From assembly GCA_963826115.1 (NCBI GenBank), contig CAWGVS010000006.1:1152001-1216000 (forward strand): a DNA stretch of 64,000 nucleotides, given 5' to 3'. The notes under the pieces were generated by a model that was not told where the DNA came from, searched no databases, and saw only the letters and a program-made list of their open reading frames with translations. Origin of the DNA: an uncultured Candidatus Rokubacteria bacterium. GTDB lineage: Bacteria > Methylomirabilota > Methylomirabilia > Rokubacteriales > DASRDR01. A program made the position numbers and the translations under genes. This document shows, piece after piece, positions 27,106 to 36,552 of this stretch. Numbering within the stretch: the first letter of the stretch is position 1; each line of letters begins with the position of its first letter.

Positions 27106-27752
27106 CGCCCCGCCTCGCCCGGCGGCGCGACGACGGCCCGGACGAGCATTTGCTTCCCGAGCGGCTTCCAGGGGAGCCGGAGGTACAGGCGGATCAGGGC
27201 GGGCGACACGGGCAGCCGCGACGCGACCGTGAGCGGGAGAAACCGCGGCCGGCACTCGACGACGCGAAAGCCGTTGACCGCGAGGAAGTCCACGAGGCTC
27301 CGGTCCGTGTAGACGGTCTGGTGCGTGTAGTCGTCGAAGTACTCGCGATGGGCGTACCGGTAGTTCGGCTGGAGGAGCGCGATCGATCCCCCGGGGGCGA
27401 GCGTCCGCCGGAGCTCCGCGAGGACCCGGGCGCCGTCGCTCCGCGTCAAGTGCTCCAGCAGGTTGCTGGCGAGCGCGAAGTCGACCGAGCCGTCCGGGAT
27501 GACACCGAGGTCGGTCACGTCACCGACGTGCGCCGTGACGCCGGGCGCGAGGTGGCGGGGCATCCCGCCCCACTGATCGACCGCGATCCGCCGCGCGCAC
27601 CGGATGTTGTTGATGAAGTGGCCGTAGCCGGCGCCGAGGTCGAGCACGCACGCGTCCGGCCGGACCAGCGCCTGGAAGTAGTACCGGCAGAGGGCCTGCC
27701 ACACGACGTCCCGGCGCGGATCGAAGGGCAGGCGGGTCTCGTGGTAGCTCAT
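27102..27752 (-). CDS. Class I SAM-dependent methyltransferase
   Basis: VLDLGAGYG, ASNLLEHL, LAPGG, YFDDYTH; ATGA overlap with the GT2 stop. Confidence 0.85.
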   Translation of the reverse strand: MSYHETRLPFDPRRDVVWQALCRYYFQALVRPDACVLDLGAGYGHFINNIRCARRIAVDQWGGMPRHLAPGVTAHVGDVTDLGVIPDGSVDFALASNLLEHLTRSDGARVLAELRRTLAPGGSIALLQPNYRYAHREYFDDYTHQTVYTDRSLVDFLAVNGFRVVECRPRFLPLTVASRLPVSPALIRLYLRLPWKPLGKQMLVRAVVAPPGEAGR

Positions 27753-28801
27753 CGGCCGCGTCTCGTGACGCGCCGCCAGCCGAAGAGCAGCCCGGCCACC
27801 ATCCGCAGCCCCACCCGCGCCGCGACCCAGTTGCTCGAGGCGCCCTTGCTCCGGCCATACCGGGCGTGGAAGGTCACCGGGCACTCGACGACGCGGAAGC
27901 CGTGGCCCAGGGCCGTGTCGAGGAAATGGGCGTTGAACTCGAGGTTCACCGCGGAGTCGAGGCGCGGCAGGAGGCGGGCCAGCGCGTCGTTCCGGCAGAG
28001 CTTGTAGGTGGTGCCGACGTCGGTGAACGTGCCGCGGCCGAGGTGCTTGAGCTCGAGCAGCTTCCCGACGATGAAGTTGCCGTAGTACATGCCGGTGGTC
28101 AGCTGCGTCCGGAACGCGCGGAGCTGCTCGACGATGCGCGTCCCGTTCACGATGTCGGCGTGCGGCGCGTAGGCGAGGAACTTGTCGATGTCGTAGGCGC
28201 GGTACGTCATGTCCCCCTCGCAGAGGAGGGTGAGGTCGGTGTCGCCGTGGGAGAGCCCCTCGGCGAGGGCCCGCCAGACGCACCGGCCGTAGCCCGGCTG
28301 GAGCTCGCGGACCACGAGCGCGCCGGCCTCCGCTGCCACCGCGGAGGTGCGATCGACGCTGTTGTTGTCGACCACGACGACCCGCCGGGTCCGCGGGTGC
28401 GCGCAGAAGTCGCGGACCGCCGGCCCGATGCTCTCCTCGTCGTTGTACGCCGTCAGCACCACGGTGACGTCCAGGTTGGCGAGAGGCTCGTAGCGCACGT
28501 CCAGGCCGAGGCGCTTCCGGGGCAGGAGGACGAGCAGGTCGACGGTGATGAGGACGAGGCCCGTGACGACCGGGATCCCGCTGTACCAGACCACCTTCTG
28601 GAGGAAGGGCAGCAGGACATCGTGCCGATCGAAGGGGAGGGTCAGGAACCGGCCGAGGACCCCGAGCGTGTAGATGGCGAAGCCGATGCCCGCCAGGAGG
28701 AGACCCCAGAGGAGCGCGGGAAACGTCGCGCGCGCCGGGACGACCCCCGCGTCATCGGCGGGCTCGGGCGGCGGCGTCAGCGCGTGCGGGCGGGCGCTCA
28801 C
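27749..28801 (-). CDS. Glycosyltransferase family 2 (polyprenol-phosphate glycosyltransferase-like) with N-terminal TM helices
   Basis: VVLTAYNDEESIG, VVVDNNSVD, GYG, EGD motif, VNGTR, R.G.SK. Confidence 0.85.
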   Translation of the reverse strand: MSARPHALTPPPEPADDAGVVPARATFPALLWGLLLAGIGFAIYTLGVLGRFLTLPFDRHDVLLPFLQKVVWYSGIPVVTGLVLITVDLLVLLPRKRLGLDVRYEPLANLDVTVVLTAYNDEESIGPAVRDFCAHPRTRRVVVVDNNSVDRTSAVAAEAGALVVRELQPGYGRCVWRALAEGLSHGDTDLTLLCEGDMTYRAYDIDKFLAYAPHADIVNGTRIVEQLRAFRTQLTTGMYYGNFIVGKLLELKHLGRGTFTDVGTTYKLCRNDALARLLPRLDSAVNLEFNAHFLDTALGHGFRVVECPVTFHARYGRSKGASSNWVAARVGLRMVAGLLFGWRRVTRRGR

Positions 28802-30357
28802 CAGCTGACCATCGACGCGTCGAGGACATCGCGCATCGGCGCGCAGCCGAGGCGCTGGAGCCCGTCCTTCAGGCGCGCGGTGTCACGCTCGTCCTTGGGC
28901 AGATGGAACAGGCGCCCCGCCAGGGCGCAGTGGGGCGTGTAGGCGCCCCGGATCGCGTCCCGGAAGGCGGGGCTCAGGGACTGGAGGCCCCGGTACACGT
29001 TGTTGTCCAGGCGGGTCACGACGAGGTCGAACTCTCGCGCGCGGAGCCGGCCGGCCAGCGGCCCGGTGTCGTACCGGCCCTGCTTCTCGAGGAGGTAGAT
29101 GAGGGACGGCTCGGTGATCGGCGGCGAGGGCGCCAGGAGGGCGAGCGGCCCCGCCGCCGGGAACACCCTCTTGTCCTGCAGGATCTCGTGGAGGGCGTGC
29201 CACTCGGCGTTCCGGGCCCGGACGTCCCAGGTCAGCGATTTCTTGACCGAGCCCAGGATCGTCGGGAGCTGGATGGCGAGGATCAGCACCGCGACGAGCA
29301 CTTGCACGACCGGGGCCTGACCGGCGAGCCGGTAGAGCCGGAACGGCACCACGCTCGCGAGCGGCACCGCCACGAGCAAGGTCTCGAAGAGGTAGTTGAA
29401 GTTCGCGCCGGGGTGCCGCATCGTGGCCAAACCCACCAGCAGCGAGACGGCGGCGTACAGGAGGAGCAGGCCACTCTTCGGCCCGAGCCGGCGGAGGAAG
29501 AGCGGCACCGCGCTGAGCGCCAGCAGGAACACCGGCTCGGACGCCACCGCGAACCCGAACCGCACCCAGCCCCGGTACTCCGTCAATGACGACCGGATGG
29601 CCGTGACGTTCTCGATCAGATGGGGCTCGAACGGGACGAAGACGAGGTAGCTGCCGGCGGCGGTCAGCGCGGCACCGGCCGCGAGCTCGGCCGCGTGCCG
29701 GTAGCGACGTCTCCAGACGAGCCACAGGACGCCCGTGATCGCCGCCGACACGAACGTCAGCTTGAAGCCAAACGAGAGGCCGGCCGCGAGCCCCGCGAGC
29801 GCCGGCGCGCCGCGCCACCGGCCCATGAGGATCCGGACCGACAGGAGCGCGAACAGGAGCCCGATGAAGTCGGCGCGGATCTGCGGCGCCCACTCGCCGA
29901 AGACGTAGACGGAGAAGCCGAGGAGGCCGCTCCACACCACGACGCGCGGGTGGCGGGTCAAGGCCCTGGTCACCGACATGGCGACGAGCACGGTCAGCGC
30001 GAAGAACGTCAGGGCCATGAGACGCGCGGGCAGGAAGGGATTCGCGGGCTGCGCCAGACGGTACGGGATCGATGCCAGGAGGTAGAACATCGGACTGTAC
30101 AGGCTCGGGTTGTGGGGTGCCTCGTCCGGGCCGCGATAGAGACGGCCGGTGAGGGCGTACTGCCGCACGTCGTAGAGGATGAAGGTGTCCCCGTATCCGA
30201 CCTCGTCCAGGAGCGGCATGGTCACCGCGAAGCGCAGGACGTTCGCCCCGAGCCCCAGGACGACACAGAGGAGGAGAGCAAGGTACGCCCACGGCAGGCC
30301 TCCGGCCCGGCGGCGCGGCGCCGCCCGACCCCCCCCGATGACGGGTTCGCTCGTCAC
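28798..30357 (-). CDS. Polytopic membrane protein, probable GT-C fold (ArnT/PMT-like) transferase
   Basis: About 11 TM segments; YGD...YSPMFY, IRAD, FKLT, GANFNY; in operon with GT2. Confidence 0.55.
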   Translation of the reverse strand: MTSEPVIGGGRAAPRRRAGGLPWAYLALLLCVVLGLGANVLRFAVTMPLLDEVGYGDTFILYDVRQYALTGRLYRGPDEAPHNPSLYSPMFYLLASIPYRLAQPANPFLPARLMALTFFALTVLVAMSVTRALTRHPRVVVWSGLLGFSVYVFGEWAPQIRADFIGLLFALLSVRILMGRWRGAPALAGLAAGLSFGFKLTFVSAAITGVLWLVWRRRYRHAAELAAGAALTAAGSYLVFVPFEPHLIENVTAIRSSLTEYRGWVRFGFAVASEPVFLLALSAVPLFLRRLGPKSGLLLLYAAVSLLVGLATMRHPGANFNYLFETLLVAVPLASVVPFRLYRLAGQAPVVQVLVAVLILAIQLPTILGSVKKSLTWDVRARNAEWHALHEILQDKRVFPAAGPLALLAPSPPITEPSLIYLLEKQGRYDTGPLAGRLRAREFDLVVTRLDNNVYRGLQSLSPAFRDAIRGAYTPHCALAGRLFHLPKDERDTARLKDGLQRLGCAPMRDVLDASMVSW

Positions 30358-30533
30358 AGGCCCTCTCGCCCTGTGTGGCAGGAGGCTCGCGTTCCAGCGA
30401 CGCGGCAATCTCACGCGTCGCCCGCACCGCTACCGTAGCACGCACGGTGCCAGCGGTACCGACGCCGCCGGACGGGGTCCAGCAAGTCCGGCGGCGGGAG
30501 GTCAGCTCGGCATTCGTCAGACGCGACGCGGTT

Positions 30534-31662
30534 TCATCGCTTCGGCTTGCAGGTCGCCTCGATCTCCAGGACCGCGTCGCCGGACAGGGTCCCGACCGCG
30601 CTCGTCATCATGGCCGCGCCGCTCGTCGCGTAGGGATAGACGAGCCGCGCGCCGTCGCGCGCCTCGAGCTCCACGGTGACCGGGGGTGGCGGCGCCATCA
30701 CCGGCACGGACATGCCGGAGCCGTTCGGGCACCGGACGCCGAAGGGCGACATGCGCTGCCCGTCCTTGTCGATGCGGAGCTTGAACACGCCGTCCTCGAG
30801 CGTGCCCTCGACCACCATCGGAAGCATCATCGGCATGCCCGTGTACTGGCACGCGCCGCCGATGATGCGGCCCTCGAAGCTTCGCGTCGCGCGGCCGCTG
30901 ACCGACTGGGGCGCCGGGCCCTCCGTGATCTCGAGGGGCACCAACGCCGTGGACCCGTACTCCGCGGCGGTGCCCACCGGCCCCATCGGGACCTTCCAGT
31001 CCATGCGGGCGACGCTCTTGAAGACCAGCGCGTACTGGAGGTCCGCCGACAGCTTCTCGACGAGGCTCTGGAGCTCGGCGATCTCCAGCTCGTACGACTC
31101 GACCTCCTCCCACCGGTCGGCGCTCGGCATGCCGGCCTTTCAGTCCCGGCCATCGTGTCGGGGATGACGGTGCGTCGTGCGCCGAGGTCTCCCGGCGCTC
31201 TTTCGCGCCTCGCAGACGTCGTGGTGGTAGTCCTCGTGGTGCTCGACCGCCTCGGCGACCTCCCGGCAGGGCGCCCGGGCCTTCTCTCGGGCCAGGTGGT
31301 CGGGCCGGGCTCGCACACGGCGCTGTCGAACTCGATCAGCGTGTCATGTCCCCGGCGATCGTCCGATCGCTCTCTTCGAGGAGCTCGCGGAGCTTGGCTC
31401 TCCTTTGTCTCCACGGGAGTCCGAGCTCTGCAGGATCGGGCCTCTCCTTCTCGAAGAGGTCGTCCATCTGGTCTGCGGTAGTAGTCACGCATGGCCTGCT
31501 TCTCGGCCAGCCGCTCCGGATCGCGTCGAGGTGCTTGCACTCGCACGCCTCCTGCTGCGCGGACGCCGGGCGGGCCGGAGAGACGAGGAGCGCGACGAGC
31601 GCGAGAGCGGCCGCCGCCCACGGGAGCGTCGGCCGCCGATGCCGGGAGCGTTCACCTCGCAT
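30534..31662 (-). CDS. Secreted hypothetical protein with HExxH motif; several frameshifts (about 31140-31530)
   Basis: GGAGG RBS, signal peptide ...ARPASA-QQEACEC; VEHHEDYHHDVC at about 31213-31248; EEVESYELE and a beta-rich C-terminus in the 30534..31130 frame. Confidence 0.5.
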
Positions 31663-31766
31663 GGCGCCACCTCCGTGCCGAGATCGTCGCCTCGGCCGCC
31701 CGGACGTCCGGCGCCGGCCCGTCCGACCGTCGGCTCGCGCGGGGCCGGAGCCTGCCCGGCGACGCG

Positions 31767-33140
31767 CTACCGCCGCGCGAGCGCGTTCCGCGCGAGGAGC
31801 TCGCCGATCAGGTCGTCGAAGGCGCCGACCGTGTCGTCGATGTCCTGCTCCTCGTGGGCGGCCGACGTCATGCCGCCGTTGTAGGAGAGGAGCTCGATGC
31901 CCCGCACCCGGAACCCGTTCTGGAGCGCCCGCACGAGGTTGGCGTCCATGCTCTTGAGGGTGACGGTGTCGAGCCAGCGATAGTCCTCGGGCCGCGCGAC
32001 CCCGAGGTTCGCGCCCGGCGCCTCGAGGTAGACGTGGAAGGCCGAGCTCTCGCCGTAGGCGAGGCCCTTGACCCCGCGGCGCTCGAGCACCCCGTTCAGG
32101 CCGGCGCGCAGGCGATCGGCGAGCGCGTCCGCCCGGCGCGTCGGCTCGCCGGTGGCGACGATGCCGAGGCAGGCGAGCCCCGCCGCCGCCGTCAGCGGCG
32201 TCGCGTTGTACGTGCCCTGGTGGGCGATCCGGCGGAAGCGGTCGTGGAAGGCCTCGCCGGTGATGTCGAAGACGCGCATCACCTCGGCCCGGCCGCAGAG
32301 GGCCGCGCCGGGGACGCCGCCGCCGATGATCTTCGCGTGGGTCGACAGGTCCGGCGTGACGCCGGAGCGCTCCTGGGCGCCGCCGGGCGCCCAGCGGAAG
32401 CCCGTGATGACCTCGTCGAAGATGAGGAGCGTCCCGTGGCGCCGCGTCACCTCGCGGAGGCCGGCGAGGAAGCCGGGCCGGAGCGGCAGGCGCGCCCACG
32501 AGCCCCCGCTCGGCTCCAGGATCACCGCGGCGACGTCGCCCCGCTGGCGGAGGATCCGGTCCACCTCGTCAAGGTCGTTGGCGCGCGTCATGACCGTGCC
32601 GAGCCGGAAGCCCGGCGCGAGCCCGATCGACGGCGGCACGTCGTAGGGCGGCGAGAAACCCGTCACGAGCTCGTCGCCCCAGCCGTGGAAGTGGCCCTCG
32701 AAGCGCATGATCGTCGGGCGGCCCGTGTGGGCGCGCGCGACGCGGCACGCCAGCATGTCGGACTCGGTGCCCGAGTTCGTGAAGCGCACGCGCTCGCCGC
32801 ACGGCACCAGCGTCTGGATCTTCTCGGCCCACTCGACCTGGAGCGGGTGGTCGTTCCCGAAGTGGGTCCCGAGCGGCGCCGCCTTGATCACGGCCTCGAC
32901 GATGGCGGGGTGCGCGTGGCCGAGGAGGAGGGCGCCGTTCCCGAGGTGGTAGTCGATGTACCGGTGGCCGTCGACGTCCCACTTGTAGGCGCCCTGGGCC
33001 CGCGCGATGTAGGTGGGGAAGGGCAGCGCGTGCCGCATGTCGTGGCCGAGGGCGCCGCCGACCGCCTGCTGGGCCCGCGCGTACCACCCCTCCGTTGCCG
33101 ATCGCGTCGCCTGGAATTGCTCCTCGAAGGTCGGCTTCAT
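31767..33140 (-). CDS. Class III PLP aminotransferase (glutamate-1-semialdehyde aminomutase-like)
   Basis: WDVDGHRYIDY, RFTNSGTE, FHGW, LIFDEVITGFR, AKIIGGG, HQGTYN. Confidence 0.9.
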   Translation of the reverse strand: MKPTFEEQFQATRSATEGWYARAQQAVGGALGHDMRHALPFPTYIARAQGAYKWDVDGHRYIDYHLGNGALLLGHAHPAIVEAVIKAAPLGTHFGNDHPLQVEWAEKIQTLVPCGERVRFTNSGTESDMLACRVARAHTGRPTIMRFEGHFHGWGDELVTGFSPPYDVPPSIGLAPGFRLGTVMTRANDLDEVDRILRQRGDVAAVILEPSGGSWARLPLRPGFLAGLREVTRRHGTLLIFDEVITGFRWAPGGAQERSGVTPDLSTHAKIIGGGVPGAALCGRAEVMRVFDITGEAFHDRFRRIAHQGTYNATPLTAAAGLACLGIVATGEPTRRADALADRLRAGLNGVLERRGVKGLAYGESSAFHVYLEAPGANLGVARPEDYRWLDTVTLKSMDANLVRALQNGFRVRGIELLSYNGGMTSAAHEEQDIDDTVGAFDDLIGELLARNALARR

Positions 33141-33268
33141 GCCTCTCGCTCCCCGCTCCCGGGCGCCCACCGGCTCCGCGCCGGCCGCGCCCCGTGTCGA
33201 TGGTCGGTCAGATGCTCCGTGGAAGTCCGCTCACCGGGCAGTGTCTCACGCCGCGCCTGACGCGGCTC

Positions 33269-34381
33269 CTAGCCGAACACGCTCTCGAGCGGCGCCGCCT
33301 TCTCGCCGACGGCCTCCGCCACGCCGGGGTGGACGATCCGCCCCTGGTAGACGTTCAGGCCCTTGGCCAGCGCCGGGTTTCCCCGGAGGCCGGCGGCCAG
33401 GCCCTTGCCGGCGAGCTCGACCACGTAGGGCAGGGTGGCGTTGGTCAGGGCGAACGTGGAGGTGCGCGGCACGAGGGCGGGCATGTTGGCCACGCCGTAG
33501 TGCACGACGCCGTGCACGAGGTAGGTCGGCTCGGCGAGCGTGGTCGGGTGCACGGTCTCGACGCAGCCCCCCTGGTCCACCGCGACGTCGACGATCACCG
33601 ACCCCTCCTTCATCGTCTTCACCGTCGACTCCGGGACGAGGACGGGCGCGCGCGCGCCCGCGACCAGGACCGCGCCGACCAGGAGGTCCGCGCGCGGGGC
33701 GAGCCGGGCGATGTTGAAGGCATTCGAGACCAGCGTGACCACCTGGCCGCGGAAGATGTCGTCCACGAGGCGGAGACGGTCGACGTTCACGTCGAGGATC
33801 GACACGTCGCCGCCGAGGCCCACCGCGATCTTCGCCGCGTTCAGGCCGACGATGCCGGCGCCGATGATCATCACGTTGCCGGGCGGCACGCCGGGCACGC
33901 CGGAGAGGAGGATGCCCCGGCCGCCGTGGGCCTTGCCCAGGTGGTAGGCGCCCTCCTGGACCGACAGGCGCCCCGCCACCTCGCTCATCGGCGTGAGGAG
34001 CGGGAGGCTCCCGTCGGTCCGCTGCACCGTCTCGTAGGCGAGGGCGACCGTGCGCGACTTCTGGAGCGCGCGCGTGAGCTCCGGCACGGCGGCGAGGTGG
34101 AGGTAGGTGAAGAGGATCTGGTCCGCGCGGAGCCGCGGGTACTCCTGGGAGATGGGCTCCTTGACCTTCAGGATCATCTCCGCCTCGGCCCAGACCGCCT
34201 CGACCGGCCGGAGGAGCGCCCCCAGCTGCGTGTAGTCCTCGTCGCGGAAGCCGCTGCCCGTGCCGGCCCCGGGCTCGATGAGGACCCGGTGGCCGTGTTC
34301 GACGAGGGTGAGGGTGCCGGCGGGCGTGAGCGCCACGCGCTGCTCGCCGGTCTTGATCTCCTTGGGGACGCCGATGATCAC
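33269..34381 (-). CDS. ald: Alanine dehydrogenase
   Basis: IIGVPKEIK, KVKEP, FTYLHLAA, LLTPMSEVAGR, DVAVDQGGC, VANMP; GTG start after GAGAGGAG. Confidence 0.95.
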   Translation of the reverse strand: MIIGVPKEIKTGEQRVALTPAGTLTLVEHGHRVLIEPGAGTGSGFRDEDYTQLGALLRPVEAVWAEAEMILKVKEPISQEYPRLRADQILFTYLHLAAVPELTRALQKSRTVALAYETVQRTDGSLPLLTPMSEVAGRLSVQEGAYHLGKAHGGRGILLSGVPGVPPGNVMIIGAGIVGLNAAKIAVGLGGDVSILDVNVDRLRLVDDIFRGQVVTLVSNAFNIARLAPRADLLVGAVLVAGARAPVLVPESTVKTMKEGSVIVDVAVDQGGCVETVHPTTLAEPTYLVHGVVHYGVANMPALVPRTSTFALTNATLPYVVELAGKGLAAGLRGNPALAKGLNVYQGRIVHPGVAEAVGEKAAPLESVFG

Positions 34382-34596
34382 GGGTGTCGTCTCCTCTCGA
34401 TGGCCGGCGGGCGACGCCCGCGGCCACGCTGCCGCTCTTCCCAGCTCCGGCCGACGGCCGGCCGCGCTCATGGTACCGCCGATTCGACCCCCGCGGGGCC
34501 GGCGGCCGTGTCGGGGCGTTCCCTGGCCGGGCGCAGCGAGGGCGGGTCGCCCGATCGGGCGCCCGCCCCCGTGCTCCCGGTCCGCGCGGCGAGACG

Positions 34597-35844
34597 CTAC
34601 GCGCCGAACTTCTGCGGGAACTGCTTCACGATCGCCTCGGCCAGCGGGTCGGCGATCATCCGCATGTGGCCCGTCGCCCCGCGGAGCATCGTGTACACCT
34701 TCGGCTGGTCGCCCGCCGCCTGCGCGTCGATCACGGGCTTGAGCGTCAGGATGTGGTCCTTCACGAGCCCGGCCACCACGTCCTTCGGGAGGTTCGGGTT
34801 GGCCGAGGCGAGGAAGGCGCCGAAGTCCTGGGAGTATCCCACGAGGTCCTGCACGGCCTTGTCCTGCTTGGCCTTGTCCTTGGTCGCGACGCCGACCGTG
34901 TAGTCGACGACGAAGCCGATGTGGCGCCGCCAGAGGGGGAGGAACGCGTCCTCGGCGCCCTGGCCGTAGACGGAGCCGATCGCCTTCGAGATGTCCACGC
35001 CGTTCGCGTCGAGCGCGGCCGCCGCCGCCTTGAACTCGGGGTCGCGCGCGCCGAGCGCCGCGCCGGTGGCGCGCGCCGCCAGGTACGTGTGCTCCTGGAA
35101 GGCCATGGTCAGCGTGGTGCGGAGGCCGGCGGCGGCCGACGTGGTGGAGCCGGGGAATCTGTCGGGGAACTGCTTGACGATGGCGCCGGCCAGCGGGTCG
35201 GCGATCATGCCCATGTGGGCGTAGGCGGTCCGGGTCGCGGCGAAGGCCTTCGCCTGGTCACCCGTGACCTGGGCGTCGATCACGTCCTTGAGCGTGAGCA
35301 CGTGCGTCTTCACCAGTCCGGCCACCGCGTCCTTCGGGAGGTTCGGGTTGGCGGAGGCGAGGAACGCGCCGAAGTCCTGCGTGTACTGGACGAGGTCGGC
35401 GACGGCCTTGTCCTGCTTGGCCCGGTCCTTGGTCGCGACGCCGACCGTGTAGTCGACGACGAAGCCGATGTGGCGCCGCCAGAGGGGGAGGAACGCGTCC
35501 TCGGCGCCCTGGCCGTACACGGAGCCGATCGCCTGCGAGATGTCCACGCTGTTCTGGTCGAGCGCCGCCGCGGCCGCCTTGAACTGCGCCTCCCGGCCGC
35601 CGAGGGCCGCGCCGGTCGCGCTCGACGCGAGCAGGATGTGCTCGCCGAGGAGGTAGTTGAGGCCGGCGCGGAGGTCGGCCGCCTTGGTGGCCGACGTCGC
35701 CATCATGCCGTCCGACGCGGTGCTCTGGGCCATCGCCATGTGGCCGTGGCCCATGCCGCCGGACATCCCGCCGCCGCTGCAGCCGACGGCCACGAACGCG
35801 GCGATCGCCGCCGCCCCGAACTGTCTCGCCCATCCCGTCGTCAT
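34597..35844 (-). CDS. Lipoprotein with His/Met-rich N-terminus and two tandem ~183-aa helical domains (often labelled copper amine oxidase-associated)
   Basis: AVGC lipobox-like site, GMSGGMGHGHMAM, repeated AADLR...EH...AFLPLWRRHIGFVVDY...ANPNLPKD...H...HM. Confidence 0.75.
   Translation of the reverse strand: MTTGWARQFGAAAIAAFVAVGCSGGGMSGGMGHGHMAMAQSTASDGMMATSATKAADLRAGLNYLLGEHILLASSATGAALGGREAQFKAAAAALDQNSVDISQAIGSVYGQGAEDAFLPLWRRHIGFVVDYTVGVATKDRAKQDKAVADLVQYTQDFGAFLASANPNLPKDAVAGLVKTHVLTLKDVIDAQVTGDQAKAFAATRTAYAHMGMIADPLAGAIVKQFPDRFPGSTTSAAAGLRTTLTMAFQEHTYLAARATGAALGARDPEFKAAAAALDANGVDISKAIGSVYGQGAEDAFLPLWRRHIGFVVDYTVGVATKDKAKQDKAVQDLVGYSQDFGAFLASANPNLPKDVVAGLVKDHILTLKPVIDAQAAGDQPKVYTMLRGATGHMRMIADPLAEAIVKQFPQKFGA
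34600..35690. repeat. Intragenic tandem duplication, period 549 bp
   Basis: For example GGTCGCGACGCCGACCGTG...GGAGCCGATCGCCT at about 34882-34985 is nearly identical to about 35431-35534. Confidence 0.9.
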
Positions 35845-35917
35845 GTCCGTTGCCTCCTCTGGAGCGCTTCGTTGCCGGTGTGTGGGTTGAGGTCCCGCGT
35901 GTCCGTACACCCGGCTC

Positions 35918-35945
35918 TACGCGGGACCCTGGCGCGCCGGATTGC
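35918..35945 (-). promoter_or_regulatory. Candidate ECF (SigK-clade) promoter for the lipoprotein gene
   Basis: Minus strand GCAATCC-N17-CGTA about 75 nt upstream of the lipoprotein ATG. Confidence 0.5.
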
Positions 35946-35976
35946 GGGCCCCGGGGGGCTTTGTTATGAAGGGGAC

Positions 35977-36552
35977 ATGGGTGCCGTCCAGCCGGACGCG
36001 TCGGTCCGGCTCCTCGCGGAGATCGCCCGGGGCGACCGCGAGGCCTTCGCGCGCTTCTACGACCTCCACGCTGCGCTGGTCCACACGTTCGCGCTCCGGA
36101 TCCTCCGCGAGCGGAGCGAGGCGGAGGAAGTGGCGCAGGACGTCTTCGTCCAGGTCTGGCGCCAGGCCGAGGGCTACAGCCGCGACCGCGGGACGCCCGA
36201 AGCCTGGCTCATCACGCTGACCCGGAGCCGGGGCATCGACAAACTTCGTTCCAGACGTAGACGCGATGAGATGGTGCGACCCGCGGACGACCGGGACCGA
36301 CTGCCTGAGCCCGTGGCGCCGGAGAGTGCGTCCGGCCCGGCGGAGGCGCGCGCGACGCTCGGCGGGGCGCTCGGCGACCTGCCGCCGGCGCAGCGGAGCG
36401 TCCTCGAGCTCGCCTACTTCGACGGCCTCACGCAGACGGAGATCGCCGCGCGGCTCAACGAGCCGCTCGGCACGGTGAAGACGCGCATGCGCACGGGACT
36501 CGAGCGGCTCCGGGGCATCCTCTCGGCGCGGAGCGGGGCGGAGCGGGCATGA
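35977..36552 (+). CDS. ECF sigma factor, SigK-like
   Basis: GDREAFARFYD, AEEVAQDVFVQVW, AWLITLTRSRGID, ELAYFDGLTQTEIA...PLGTVKTRMR. Confidence 0.92.
   Translation: MGAVQPDASVRLLAEIARGDREAFARFYDLHAALVHTFALRILRERSEAEEVAQDVFVQVWRQAEGYSRDRGTPEAWLITLTRSRGIDKLRSRRRRDEMVRPADDRDRLPEPVAPESASGPAEARATLGGALGDLPPAQRSVLELAYFDGLTQTEIAARLNEPLGTVKTRMRTGLERLRGILSARSGAERA

Noticed and set aside
31767-33140. Haem biosynthesis genes (hemL here, hemE at 1825-2757)
   Set aside because: Both look like divergent paralogues and there is no hem context; gene symbols withheld
34600-35690. Direct repeats as CRISPR array or insertion-sequence ends
   Set aside because: Two in-frame copies inside one coding sequence; no spacers, cas genes or transposase
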